Shown here: positions 9,956 through 20,219 of the stretch, in pieces
Numbering within the stretch: position 1 is the first letter of the stretch
Layout: each line of letters opens with the position of its first letter
Virus record (IMG/VR): IMGVR_UViG_3300020036_003099
Span: 9,614 to 73,613 of that record
Source of the DNA: a virus
Lineage: Duplodnaviria > Caudoviricetes
Reading direction: 5' to 3' (one strand)
Length of the DNA: 64,000 bases
Position numbers and translations under genes: made by a program
Notes under the pieces: generated by a model
Databases searched by the model: none
What the model was told of the DNA's origin: nothing
What the model saw: only the letters and a program-made list of their open reading frames with translations

Positions 9956-10221
9956 CGAAAAGAACCTCAACGTGTTGGGGAAAGTAAGGAATGTAATGAC
10001 AAACCTAGCAATAACGGAACTAAAAAACCCTGATTCTCAATATTAAGTGGACGATATTGTAAAAGCAATTATCTTGTACAATGAAACAAAGAGTGAAAGG
10101 AAAACTAACACATGCTAACGATATGGGAATTCAACACTTTCAAAGTGTACAAAGCTTTAGGGTTTACCCTTTGGAATACCCAAGAGGGAATCTTTCTGTA
10201 CTTTAGGGGGGTAAAGATACT

Positions 10222-10401
10222 ATGAAAGTCAAAGTAGAGCAGTGTTTTAACGGTCATAACCTTTATTACAGGTTAACTTTACCGGATGGATCAAGGGAAT
10301 TTATAACAAGTGATACATGGAAAAGAGAACAATCCATCGCCGCTAAAAACTTAATCGAAACCTTGTACAAAATACCTAGAAACAAAATAAGGTTTATTTA
10401 A
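10222..10401 (+). CDS. Small early protein (59 aa, not in ORF track)
   Basis: MKVKVEQCFNGHNLYYRLTLPDGSREFI...; G-rich SD. Confidence 0.55.
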   Translation: MKVKVEQCFNGHNLYYRLTLPDGSREFITSDTWKREQSIAAKNLIETLYKIPRNKIRFI

Positions 10402-10419
10402 ACGAAAGGAATAATTCCT

Positions 10420-11307
10420 ATGGCTAATGTATATGAGCTAGTAACAAACGCAATCATTGAACAATTAGAAAACGTTAACCCGAACGACTACAAAAAACCT
10501 TGGTTTAACATAGGATCGTCGCCAATGAATGCCTTAACAAAGACAAGTTATCGGGGTATTAATACCATCATGTTATCCAATAAACCCTATCAATCCAATC
10601 TGTATGCCTCTTACAAACAATGGGCGGAGAAGGGATGCCAAGTTAACAAAGGGGAAAAAGGACACTGTGTAGTCTTTTGGAAGTTCTCAAAGTTTGAAGA
10701 CGTTAACACAGGGGATGAAAAGTCATCAGTTCTTTGTAAACACTATTATGTTTTCAATTCGGAGCAAGTGACCGGAGATTATGCACGATTTGTGGAATCT
10801 GAAAAGCCTGCTTTAAACCCTTTGGACATTCATAAGGACGCTCAACGGATAACCGATTACTACCTTTTGAACGAGCGTATCGGTTTAGAGTTTACAGATC
10901 GGGCTTGCTATTCACCCTCTTTGGACAGGATACAAATGCCACAACTAGGGCAATTCAAAACCCCTGAGGAATACTATTCGGTTTTCTTTCATGAAATGGG
11001 ACATAGTACAGGCAAGGATACACGCCTTGAACGTGACTTAACCGGAGGATTCGGATCAACCAAGTACGCAGAGGAAGAGCTAGTTGCAGAGTTTACGGCA
11101 GCTATGCTTTGTGGTTCTATAGGGTTATCTCAAACACCAAGGCTAGACCATGCAATGTACATTAAAAGCTGGCTATCCGCCCTTAAGAACGACAAGAGAT
11201 TCGCTATACAATCAGCATCAAAAGCACAAAAAGCCTGTGACTTTGTACTGGCTAGTGTAGAGAATTATACGGAACACCTTGAAAAGGTGGAACGTATAAG
11301 AGCGTAG
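10420..11307 (+). CDS. ardC: ArdC-family antirestriction/ssDNA-binding protein with zincin-like domain
   Basis: VYELVTNAIIEQLE, KPW, YRGIN, SYKQW...VNKGEKG, YYVFNSEQV, FHEMGHST (HExxH), YAEEELVAE. Confidence 0.9.
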   Translation: MANVYELVTNAIIEQLENVNPNDYKKPWFNIGSSPMNALTKTSYRGINTIMLSNKPYQSNLYASYKQWAEKGCQVNKGEKGHCVVFWKFSKFEDVNTGDEKSSVLCKHYYVFNSEQVTGDYARFVESEKPALNPLDIHKDAQRITDYYLLNERIGLEFTDRACYSPSLDRIQMPQLGQFKTPEEYYSVFFHEMGHSTGKDTRLERDLTGGFGSTKYAEEELVAEFTAAMLCGSIGLSQTPRLDHAMYIKSWLSALKNDKRFAIQSASKAQKACDFVLASVENYTEHLEKVERIRA

Positions 11308-11547
11308 CGGTGATGCCTCAACAATCGCTTGCGATTTTGGGGGAAGTGAACGCAATTTTACCTTTTCCTTAAAAGTAAAAACCATGAAATGGAGTGAACG
11401 AATGATTATTGGACAAATAGCATTTTTACTTATAGCCTTTTTAGGGTTATCGGGCCTATTCGCTATCACGCGAGGAAACCCTTTAGCGATGTGCGTAGGC
11501 TTGTGCTGCGTAGCCTTCTGGTGGGTAGTTATCTTTAAACTAATTTT

Positions 11548-12219
11548 TTGAAAGGAATCTTTAACATGAGAGACGATTCAGTACATACAGAGGATTACAA
11601 AGGCTTTAAAATTAAAGTCTATCAAGACGAACTCGCGGAGAATCCTTACGACGACTGGAATATGCTAGGTAAGTTTTACCACTGGCATAAAAGAGGGTTC
11701 TTTGGTGAAAGCCTAGTCTATCAAAGAACAAACGGTATGACCCCTGAGGACATCATTAAGGAAAAAGGTTGGGAAAGCGCTATCATCGTCCCTGTATACC
11801 TATACGAACACTCAGGGCAAACAATCAGCACTGGCCCCTTTGGTTGCCCTTGGGATTCCGGTTGTGTAGGTTTATGGGTAGTTACTAGAGAGGAGGCTTT
11901 AAAAGAGTTTGGCGGGAAAATCCTAACGAAAGCCTTAAAAGAAAAGGTTAACAAACTAATCGAAAGCCAAGTTAAATCTATAGACAGGTATTTAACAGGG
12001 CAGGTTTACGGCTTTGTTGCAGAAGATAAAGACGGAGAACAAATTGATTCTTGTTGGGGTTTCTATAACGATTATGACGACGAGTACATGATCGGTGAAG
12101 CTAAATCGTCTATAGATTACCACTTGAAAGAAAAGGGAAAAGAGAGGATAAACAAACTTAAAACACTGATTAAAAATAGAGTACCACTGGACAAACGCAG
12201 CCAAATGCTGGCGGCTTAA
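11548..12219 (+). CDS. Conserved phage hypothetical protein
   Basis: 223 aa with PVYLYEHSG and CPWDSGCVG; SD present. Confidence 0.65.
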   Translation: MKGIFNMRDDSVHTEDYKGFKIKVYQDELAENPYDDWNMLGKFYHWHKRGFFGESLVYQRTNGMTPEDIIKEKGWESAIIVPVYLYEHSGQTISTGPFGCPWDSGCVGLWVVTREEALKEFGGKILTKALKEKVNKLIESQVKSIDRYLTGQVYGFVAEDKDGEQIDSCWGFYNDYDDEYMIGEAKSSIDYHLKEKGKERINKLKTLIKNRVPLDKRSQMLAA

Positions 12220-12235
12220 AAGAAAAAGGGGTAAA

Positions 12236-12661
12236 ATGCAAAACATATTTCACAATCCAGATGGGGCTAACTACCAAGCGCAAGCGGTTTTAGCTTGTTT
12301 ACGTAGGTGGGACGGTATCGAAGAATCTTATTCAAAGGATCGGGGTAAATACCTAGCCGAGCCTATGGCTAGTCGCTGGCATAACTGCAGGGAGCAAGGG
12401 TACATAATAACCTTAACGAACCACCGCCACTCTAACCAAATAAACATAGTCTTTTATGAACACAGAAATCACGATGGTATTTGCATCCTTCAATGGGAAT
12501 CTCAGTGTACGATTAACCCGCCAACCCTGAGGGATTTACCCGCAGATACCTATAAAGATAAGTACGACTACGCTAAAGACTTTGACTTTATGCAAATAAA
12601 AGAAGCCTCTGACTATATTTACCAAGAGTTAACTAAGTTTTGGATTGCTAACAACGAATAG
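12236..12661 (+). CDS. Hypothetical protein
   Basis: 141-aa ORF in the tightly packed early operon. Confidence 0.6.
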   Translation: MQNIFHNPDGANYQAQAVLACLRRWDGIEESYSKDRGKYLAEPMASRWHNCREQGYIITLTNHRHSNQINIVFYEHRNHDGICILQWESQCTINPPTLRDLPADTYKDKYDYAKDFDFMQIKEASDYIYQELTKFWIANNE

Positions 12662-12678
12662 AAAGGATTGCTATCATC

Positions 12679-12891
12679 ATGGCTATACGTGAAACTGTTA
12701 AGGAAGCTGGTTACCGATATGTATCTTTCGATAAAGACCTTGGCGGTCACGTTTTAGGTTATAGTGATCCTAGAAACGTAGAAGAAAAGTTTGAATTGTG
12801 GGTAGCTAACAAAAACCACGCTTCATACGGTATCAAGTTTAAGAATACAGACCTAGAGTTCGCTTGTTCACTGCCTTATTACAACGTTTAA
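12679..12891 (+). CDS. Hypothetical protein
   Basis: SD GAAAGGA, 70 aa. Confidence 0.55.
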   Translation: MAIRETVKEAGYRYVSFDKDLGGHVLGYSDPRNVEEKFELWVANKNHASYGIKFKNTDLEFACSLPYYNV

Positions 12892-12921
12892 CGTTCAACA
12901 AACCAAGAGGAGACTAAAACT

Positions 12922-13599
12922 ATGGGACAACGCTTTCAAATCTACATTAGAACACCTAAGAAATTCTACAACGAGGGCAACGCTAACAATCAACCAGCTT
13001 TAACTATCACCTTTCACCACCAATGGCTATACGGAGCAAGCGCCGTTGAAATGATGGATTGGATACTTAGGGTAGTCGATAAAAACAGGGCTGATAAGTA
13101 TTCACCCCTTTGGACCCCTCAGGAATCCGTTAAATTCCTAGAGTCAACCTGTGGACTTTTGAACGGGTGGAAAGCCGAACGCGTACACGTTATGAACGAA
13201 CAAATCAAAGGTAAATACAGCACTGAGTATAAAACCTTTGATAATCCCGATATGGGTGACAACAACGATGGTTTTATGGTCATAGACTTGGAAGACCCTG
13301 AGAACGTGTGTGCATCCTTTGGCTCTTTAGGAAGTACAGAAGGGGAAGTTTCGCTATCACGCGGCCTATACACCCCCCTTCAATATCTACAAAGCTACTA
13401 CCCCTTATCTAAGCTCTTAAAAGAAGATAACAGGGAAGACGCTACATACGAAGATGTCTTGCTTAAAATGGAGCCTAGAGGCGGTTCGGATATGACGGAA
13501 GTAATGGATCGTCTATCTAAAGTGCCTATGGTATCCGTGGAGAGACTTAAGAAGATATTTCCTAAGTTTAACCTTTCGGTGGATAAAGAGGTAGCTTGA
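12922..13599 (+). CDS. Hypothetical protein
   Basis: SD GAGGAG; MGQRFQIY...HHQWLYG...DNNDG. Confidence 0.65.
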   Translation: MGQRFQIYIRTPKKFYNEGNANNQPALTITFHHQWLYGASAVEMMDWILRVVDKNRADKYSPLWTPQESVKFLESTCGLLNGWKAERVHVMNEQIKGKYSTEYKTFDNPDMGDNNDGFMVIDLEDPENVCASFGSLGSTEGEVSLSRGLYTPLQYLQSYYPLSKLLKEDNREDATYEDVLLKMEPRGGSDMTEVMDRLSKVPMVSVERLKKIFPKFNLSVDKEVA

Positions 13600-13664
13600 A
13601 ATGCGAGGTATACCACGACCTAGAATAATCCGACCACCACCGCCACCTACAAGGATAAGATAAA

Positions 13665-13874
13665 ATGACAAAAGATGAAGAAAAAGAGTTTAAAAAAGAA
13701 CTTAAAGCTTTACTACTAAAATACCAAGTACAGATCGGACTTGACTCAGACGCGAGTTCTGACTGGCACGGTATTACAGGTGAAAAAATGGTGGCCAGTC
13801 CTAACAGTGGTTTCAACAAAGACATTGTTTTAAGTTGGGGTAACTGGTTAGGAGCATCTGACATAGAAGAGTAA
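13665..13874 (+). CDS. Hypothetical protein
   Basis: SD AAGGA, 69 aa. Confidence 0.55.
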   Translation: MTKDEEKEFKKELKALLLKYQVQIGLDSDASSDWHGITGEKMVASPNSGFNKDIVLSWGNWLGASDIEE

Positions 13875-14056
13875 AGAGGAGAAAGATGCTAAACAGTTAC
13901 AGACTAGCCCTGCACTATAAAGAGCTTGGCTATTCCAAAGGAGTAGCCTACATTCTCATGTGTTTACTGAGTCCCTTTAAACCCAAAAAGATAAGAAAGT
14001 CTCTTAAATACGTTTATGAGACGAGTGAGTGAACAACGAACGAAAGGCTTTGAAAT

Positions 14057-14437
14057 ATGTGCATAACAGCGACACAGGAGGCTATTAATATGCTAGACAA
14101 AACATTCTACGATTATGGTCACGTAGAAAACGCTATAGCGATAAGCTGTGACTTTCACACAAGCAAGTTCTACGATCAGTTCTATGACCGGTTTAAAGAC
14201 CAACTCGGTGGCTTTACAGGTATCTACGACTTTATCCATAAGATGGCCCTTGAGGTTACCCAGTGGGAAGACAATAGAAACGCTGTACTAGGTGAGAATA
14301 AAGCTTGGGTCGATACAGACATTATATGGATCGAGGCTATTGAACACTTTGTAGAAGTAGTGCAGACTCAGGCACTCCTAAATGGAGAAATACCTGACAT
14401 AAGCAAAGTATGGTTGGAAGTAGTTAGAGATATTTAG
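14057..14437 (+). CDS. Hypothetical protein
   Basis: 126-aa acidic ORF; second ATG has SD AGGAGG. Confidence 0.55.
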   Translation: MCITATQEAINMLDKTFYDYGHVENAIAISCDFHTSKFYDQFYDRFKDQLGGFTGIYDFIHKMALEVTQWEDNRNAVLGENKAWVDTDIIWIEAIEHFVEVVQTQALLNGEIPDISKVWLEVVRDI

Positions 14438-14452
14438 AAAAGGAACGAACGT

Positions 14453-14668
14453 ATGACTAGGCTAATCTTATTAACCACCCTATTGGTTCTCAGTGGGTGT
14501 TCCCCTGAGGCCGCTAGAGCGATCCAAGCTATGAACGCTCAGTACCAGTACAACCAAGCGATGGAAGCGGCTTCAACCCCCGCCTTTGCCCCTGTAGCAC
14601 CTATGCAAGTACCTATGCAAACGAGGTGTTATCAAATAGGTAACCAAGTAAACTGCAGTCAATTTTAA
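14453..14668 (+). CDS. Small lipoprotein
   Basis: Signal peptide with lipobox LSGC; C-terminal CYQIGNQVNC. Confidence 0.65.
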   Translation: MTRLILLTTLLVLSGCSPEAARAIQAMNAQYQYNQAMEAASTPAFAPVAPMQVPMQTRCYQIGNQVNCSQF

Positions 14669-14683
14669 CAAAGGAAAAACACT

Positions 14684-14935
14684 GTGACCACCTACATCAT
14701 TCAAAACAAAACTAACCCTAGACTTTTCTGGAACAAAGAAACCAACGAGTGGGGGAATCGCTATCATTGTTCCAAATATCCCCCTTTAGAACGCCTTAAG
14801 GCCAACATCCCTCTGGACGGTATCTTTATCAACGCCGAGCTTAGGTTAGAGGAAGCCTATACACCTCCTGAGGAATCCCCCAGAGCCAAGCGATACAACA
14901 AAGTAAATAGATCGGAGATATTGAAGCATCGGTGA
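14684..14935 (+). CDS. Hypothetical protein
   Basis: SD AAGGA, 83 aa. Confidence 0.55.
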   Translation: MTTYIIQNKTNPRLFWNKETNEWGNRYHCSKYPPLERLKANIPLDGIFINAELRLEEAYTPPEESPRAKRYNKVNRSEILKHR

Positions 14936-14955
14936 CGAGCGAGTGAAACGAGTGA

Positions 14956-14984
14956 TTGACTTTAAGGGTTTCCTTGTGTATAAA
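14956..14984 (+). promoter_or_regulatory. sigma70 promoter
   Basis: TTGACT-N17-TATAAA with extended TG; overlapped by the inverted repeat TAAGGGTTTCC/GGAAACCCTTA. Confidence 0.7.
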
Positions 14985-15240
14985 CAAAGGGTAACGCCTG
15001 GGAAACCCTTATTACTCCCCTTATACCAAAATGATTACGATAAAACTGACACAGACAACCAAGTCTATTTGGAACAAACCCCCTAAAGAGCTTTGTTTGA
15101 CTTTAAAAGACCACTGGAACGAGAAAGTGGATCAACACAACATAGCCTCTAAGTTGTCCTCAAAGAAAGCCTTAAGATTTAAAGAGGAAGTTAAAGGCAA
15201 CTACAAAATCGAGATTTATTTTTAAATTAGGAGACCCCCG

Positions 15241-16044
15241 ATGACCGAGAATGAGAAGACTGATATGCCGGATTTACTGCCATGCCCGTTTTGTGGGCAT
15301 TCCGCACACAAAGAAGAAGAAACGGGCAATTATGAACATTGCGTCATTATTTGTGGGAATATGAACAAAGAAAATTGTCTTATGAACCCCATAATCAGAA
15401 CTGTTAGCGAAATTGGCAAAACCCCTTCCGCGCGAGAAAAGGCGGTCAATATATGGAACACCCGCGCCGCGCCGGACGGGGGGAAGGATACCGTAGCAGC
15501 TATCAAGCAATCCTTAAAATTGTGTTCCTACATTCACCCTAATAACCATGATGCGATTATGCGGCTCGTGAAATCCGCCCTTACCCGCCCCCATGTCGCG
15601 GGGGTGGATTTGGAGGCTTTGAAGCGGGAGATTATTACCGCGATTGATGATGCGGATCAGAAGTTTGATCAGAATGACGAACGGTTTTTGTTTAACTATA
15701 TGGCCGATCATATCATTGAAGCGTTACGCAAGACAGGCCACCTCGCGCCGAAGCCGAGTGATGCGTCAGCATCCGAGGCCATGCAGGGGGTGAGTGTGCC
15801 GGATGGGTTGGAAGAGGCTTTAAATGCATTTGAATCCTTTAAAAAAGACCCGTTACAATATCACCCGCCTAAAGCACAAGAATATTCCATGATAATTGAA
15901 CAAGCAGCCCGCGAACTTTTGCGGATCAAGAAGGGAGAAATAGGGATGGATAAAGAACGTTTATTCGTAGTAGTAACAATTTTAGCGTTCGTATTTGGTA
16001 TGACTTTTGGAGCATTAAGGGTCTTGATAGAGGTGACATCATGA
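15241..16044 (+). CDS. Lar-family restriction-alleviation-like protein with long C-terminal extension
   Basis: LLPCPFCG...C.....C...AVNIWNTRA zinc-ribbon signature; C-terminal TM segment. Confidence 0.7.
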   Translation: MTENEKTDMPDLLPCPFCGHSAHKEEETGNYEHCVIICGNMNKENCLMNPIIRTVSEIGKTPSAREKAVNIWNTRAAPDGGKDTVAAIKQSLKLCSYIHPNNHDAIMRLVKSALTRPHVAGVDLEALKREIITAIDDADQKFDQNDERFLFNYMADHIIEALRKTGHLAPKPSDASASEAMQGVSVPDGLEEALNAFESFKKDPLQYHPPKAQEYSMIIEQAARELLRIKKGEIGMDKERLFVVVTILAFVFGMTFGALRVLIEVTS

Positions 16045-16196
16045 CCCAGAAGACCAACCGAAAACACGGAAAAACTAACGATGTTGCACGGGAAGTATGG
16101 GATAAAATCATGAAAGCAAAAGACGGTGAAATTTTTGTATTCTGTCGAAACGAAATAACTATTCAATTTACCGCTAAAATCTTGAAGGATAAGTAA

Positions 16197-16490
16197 ATGA
16201 CCAAGAAGACCAACCGAGAACAGGCTTTGGAAGCTTTGGATGATCTATATGACAATCAAGGATATTTCCACCCTGTTGATGGTACTAACGCGAAGATTGC
16301 CAAGTTTGTAGAAGTGTGGGGAATGACCATCCGCGCAGCCCTTATCCAAGAGCCGGTGGATTTGTCGGTGGAGTGGCAAGAGTGGTGTGGGGTAGCTTGG
16401 TTATGCCCGGTGTCTTGGAAACTCGGCTGGAACGCCTGCCTCGATCATTTGGCCCAGCGTTACCCTGATATGTTCAAGGGAGGGGTGTGA
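16197..16490 (+). CDS. Hypothetical protein (mosaic island)
   Basis: 97 aa with GWNACLD motif. Confidence 0.55.
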   Translation: MTKKTNREQALEALDDLYDNQGYFHPVDGTNAKIAKFVEVWGMTIRAALIQEPVDLSVEWQEWCGVAWLCPVSWKLGWNACLDHLAQRYPDMFKGGV

Positions 16491-16721
16491 TGCACGCGTT
16501 TGTACAAGGAGTATTCTGTGCCACATGCTGGATATTTATTTTTTACCTAACAACACATTGGTGACATCATGACCCTAACCGAACAACAAAGGCTGACCGT
16601 TTTAAAGGCGTTGGAGAGCTGTTGTTGTAATGGTGATCCAGAATGGTCATATGAGATGATGTATGACCCTGCCTTGGTAAATGAAGCAATCTCGATCATG
16701 AAACGCGTAGGGGTGGAGTAG

Positions 16722-17096
16722 ATGATTAAACTGGATCAAGCAATGCCTTTTGGGAAACATAAAGGGAAGATCGTCAGAGAACTTGCGCAGACAAACTATA
16801 ATTACATCTTGTGGTGCAAGCGCGAATTGGGAACGGAGTTTTCTGATGGGGTTATCTATATCGCAAAATACGAAAGCCGTGCATCTGCCAGTCGCCAATT
16901 AGCTTGGGCATACGGTCAGTCCTGCAAAAGAAAGTGGCGCGATTGGTCTAAAATAAAAGACAAAAATCCTGTGCAAAAAGCAGAGCCTGATAAAATAGAC
17001 GCTGCTGATTTCTACGAACCAGAAGAGCAAAACTCGCACGAGCCAGATTACGACGAATACGCAGGAATGACGTATTCGGATTTCGGAAACAATTAA
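16722..17096 (+). CDS. DUF3820/ExoX C-terminal-like protein
   Basis: MPFGKHKG...YILW motif. Confidence 0.6.
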   Translation: MIKLDQAMPFGKHKGKIVRELAQTNYNYILWCKRELGTEFSDGVIYIAKYESRASASRQLAWAYGQSCKRKWRDWSKIKDKNPVQKAEPDKIDAADFYEPEEQNSHEPDYDEYAGMTYSDFGNN

Positions 17097-17109
17097 AGAG
17101 GAGAATAAA

Positions 17110-17490
17110 GTGACCGACTCCACAAAGATCAAGGCGGCTCTGGAGGCTATCATTGCCGTAAATCAATATTTTTACGAACACAACAGCGATGAAAATAATC
17201 CGCGCCAACTTTCTCATGCTGATTATTTTGCAAGTATGTTTCCGGTGGTTGAACAGGCCCGTTCCGCGCTTGCCCCGAAGACCGGAGAGGGGGATATTGA
17301 GACGATAGTAAAACATCTGGAAGAATGGTCTTCTGGTAACGCTGACAAAGAATTCCTGCGAGATGTTGTTCATGAAATAGCATCCCAAGGCTACCTTCAA
17401 CCGAAACGAGGCGGGGGAGAGGATAAACCTCTAGGCCTGCAAGGCGGCATGGTCGAGGGCATTCCACCAGATGGCTGCAAGGAGGAATGA
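17110..17490 (+). CDS. Hypothetical protein
   Basis: SD GAGGAG, 126 aa. Confidence 0.5.
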   Translation: MTDSTKIKAALEAIIAVNQYFYEHNSDENNPRQLSHADYFASMFPVVEQARSALAPKTGEGDIETIVKHLEEWSSGNADKEFLRDVVHEIASQGYLQPKRGGGEDKPLGLQGGMVEGIPPDGCKEE

Positions 17491-17609
17491 GATGCTAAAT
17501 GGATTACAACTAATGAAGTATTTCTTTTTTGTTTTGACTTTGTTACTAATTGCAGGTATGTTCGATTAACAGTTAACGTTCTAACCCCTCCTGAAAGGAG
17601 ATAACACAA

Positions 17610-17951
17610 ATGAAAAAATCTAAAAAGAGATTTGATTATTCCTCTAAGCACAGAGCTTTAGGTCTCACTATCACCTCTTTGGTTTACCAGGCGGTTAAAC
17701 GCTGTGGGTCCCCTAAGGGCCTCACGGTGGACGACATAAAGAAAACCGTATGGAAAGCCCACCGCATCAGCCTTAAGCACACACAGATATACGCTGCCGT
17801 ACAGAATTTGAGTTTGCAAGGTATCTTTGAGGCTTTCGATCCCCACAAAAGACACGCGCCCAAGAACCAACAGAAAGTTAGAAGACCTGTAGGCAGACCA
17901 CGCGGTTCATCCTCTAACGTGGTGCCTTTCTTTAAACGAAAAGCAGCTTAA
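17610..17951 (+). CDS. Basic putative DNA-binding protein (winged-helix-like plus AT-hook)
   Basis: Lys/Arg-rich; RRPVGRPRGS AT-hook motif. Confidence 0.55.
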   Translation: MKKSKKRFDYSSKHRALGLTITSLVYQAVKRCGSPKGLTVDDIKKTVWKAHRISLKHTQIYAAVQNLSLQGIFEAFDPHKRHAPKNQQKVRRPVGRPRGSSSNVVPFFKRKAA

Positions 17952-17994
17952 TCCAAAGAATACACACGACCCGTTAAATGCGGACCTAAAGATC

Positions 17995-20196
17995 TTGAAA
18001 ATCAACTCTGACGAACACAAGTTGGAGACTGACGGATTCGATCAGTTCCAACAAAAAGGTTTTTCTATCAAACAATCTGCTAGAGCCTTTGAAGTCCTTT
18101 CCTCTAACCTCTACTCAAACAAAGTTAAAGCCATCGTGCGCGAACTGGGTTGCAATGCCTGGGACGCTCACGTTGAGCGAGAGAAGCTAAGGAAAAGAAA
18201 TCCTAAACACCCTCACTTGGCACCGTCTAACCAAGCGTTTGAGATCACCCTGCCTAATACGTGGTCCCCTATGTTTGTCATTAGGGACTACGGTATAGGT
18301 TTGTCTAACGAAGATGTTTTGGGTTTGTACACAACTTACTTTGGATCAACAAAAGAGCAAAGCAATGACACAATCGGAGCCTTTGGACTCGGTTCTAAAT
18401 CTCCGTTTTGTTATACCGATCAGTTCACTGTTACATCTTTCTTCAACGGTACTAAGTCAACTTACCAAGCTTTTATCGGTGAAGATGGTGCCCCCGCCAT
18501 CGCTTTGCTATCATCAGAGCCAACAAGTGAAAAGAATGGTATACAGATCTCTCTTTCAGCCAAAGCCTCTGATTTCAACTCTTTTAAAGATAACACTCAA
18601 GAGGTTTTCAAGTGGTTCACCACTGACAAGCCTTTGGTAAAGGGTCAAAACCCCTTTTGGTTATCCGAGCCTGAAGCTTTTAACGGTAAGAAATGGTCAC
18701 ATTTCTACAGAACCACCAACACCGTCTCTTTTTTTGTTAGGCAAGGGAACGTGGTTTATCTTGTAGATGTCGATTCGTTTTCTACGACTTCGCTATCACA
18801 AACGCACAAATCACTTTTAAAGTATAGTTTTGTCGTGGATGTTCCTATAGGTTCCGTAAATGTCACGGCTTCCAGGGAGCGTTTGAACTATGACCGCAAT
18901 ACAGAGGCGTATCTCGTGAAGATGCTGGACGGTATGCACAAAGAAATAGTTGATGATTTAAAAACCGAAATTAGTGATACAGACACACAATGGAAAGCTG
19001 TAGATTTTTTCAACAAAAGAATTAGACAAGACTCTTTTTATAGTCCCTTGGTTCAAGGCTTGTCTCTGAAAAACGGTTTAAAACTGGAGCACTGCTTGTT
19101 TTTTGATCTACGCAAAGAAACAAAGAATGTCGTGCCAGACCCAAAAGATCCCACAAAAACCTTAACAGTCACCACCAAAGAACCCGTTTTAACAATCTAT
19201 TTTAAAAGCTACCACAGACAAGACTCAATCACTTATGGTTCTTTTTCCCCTGGAGATTACACTTTAGTCTTCGATGATCTACACGTAAGCAGTTTCTGGC
19301 AAAAGTACGATTTAAACAGGGTTGTAGACGGTAAAAAAGTTTGGTTAATCCGCAGAGTAGACAAAAACATGTCCACCACAGACGCTTTAACCCTAATCTG
19401 TAAACAGTTCGGAGATGTTGACCCTAAAGAAATCCTTAAGTTCTCTTCTCTACCAGACCCCGTAAAAGCACCTAAACGCACGACTCAAACAAGAAAGCTT
19501 TTAAAGTTAAACCCTAGCAAGTCTGCTCAAAGAAGCTTCTGTTTTTGGGAGGACGCCACGCACGATATGTCTAAAGGTGGTTATTTTGTCTACACCTACG
19601 CAGGATCACCCGAAGGTTTCCCTTCAATAGGGACAGCTATAAACGAAGCCTACAGTTTAAATCTTTTAAACTCAGTGGAAGTCTTCGGGGTTCCCAGGGG
19701 CTCCAGAGATATGTTCAATAAAGACGTAGCCGCAAATGCTACAAAGTGGGAACCCTTTAAAACCTATTTAAAGGATCAAGTTTTGGCTTTTTCCAAAAAA
19801 TACGACTTTGAAAAAACCGCTGTTTTAAAAAGGGCTTTGTCACTTTTACCTTTAAAGTGGAGGGCAATTTATGGATTCATAACTTTACACAATTTAACTT
19901 GCTCAAAACAGATAATGTCAGCAGTTCAAGCTTACAATTTGTATCTAAAACTGGTTGAACCTGTCGTTTCCGCCTCGTTAACTATTAACAAGTACATCGC
20001 TTTAGGTCACGCAGTTGGTGTAGATGTTCAAGATGTTTTCTCCAGCGAACCTGAAAAAACTGAAAGTGACTACAAATTAGGGTTGACAAAAGAGACACAA
20101 AGCCTTAAAACAAAGTATCCGCTGGTGGATCTCCTTGATTTACCCGAGAAACCTACCCAGGAAGACCTGACCAACATCCAAGCCTATTTAAGCTGA
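17995..20196 (+). CDS. rIIA: rIIA-like protein (GHKL ATPase N-terminus)
   Basis: EVLSSNLYSNKVKAIVRELGCNAWDAH, IRDYGIGL, TTYFGSTK, GAFGLGSKSPF, VTASRERL. Confidence 0.9.
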   Translation: MKINSDEHKLETDGFDQFQQKGFSIKQSARAFEVLSSNLYSNKVKAIVRELGCNAWDAHVEREKLRKRNPKHPHLAPSNQAFEITLPNTWSPMFVIRDYGIGLSNEDVLGLYTTYFGSTKEQSNDTIGAFGLGSKSPFCYTDQFTVTSFFNGTKSTYQAFIGEDGAPAIALLSSEPTSEKNGIQISLSAKASDFNSFKDNTQEVFKWFTTDKPLVKGQNPFWLSEPEAFNGKKWSHFYRTTNTVSFFVRQGNVVYLVDVDSFSTTSLSQTHKSLLKYSFVVDVPIGSVNVTASRERLNYDRNTEAYLVKMLDGMHKEIVDDLKTEISDTDTQWKAVDFFNKRIRQDSFYSPLVQGLSLKNGLKLEHCLFFDLRKETKNVVPDPKDPTKTLTVTTKEPVLTIYFKSYHRQDSITYGSFSPGDYTLVFDDLHVSSFWQKYDLNRVVDGKKVWLIRRVDKNMSTTDALTLICKQFGDVDPKEILKFSSLPDPVKAPKRTTQTRKLLKLNPSKSAQRSFCFWEDATHDMSKGGYFVYTYAGSPEGFPSIGTAINEAYSLNLLNSVEVFGVPRGSRDMFNKDVAANATKWEPFKTYLKDQVLAFSKKYDFEKTAVLKRALSLLPLKWRAIYGFITLHNLTCSKQIMSAVQAYNLYLKLVEPVVSASLTINKYIALGHAVGVDVQDVFSSEPEKTESDYKLGLTKETQSLKTKYPLVDLLDLPEKPTQEDLTNIQAYLS

Positions 20197-20219
20197 GACC
20201 AGCTTTCCCTGTAAATCAA

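Noticed and set aside
14022-14955. Repeated GACGAG(T/C)GAGTGAA motif at about 14022 and 14935
   Set aside because: Only two short copies with no clear structure or associated gene; too weak to call.
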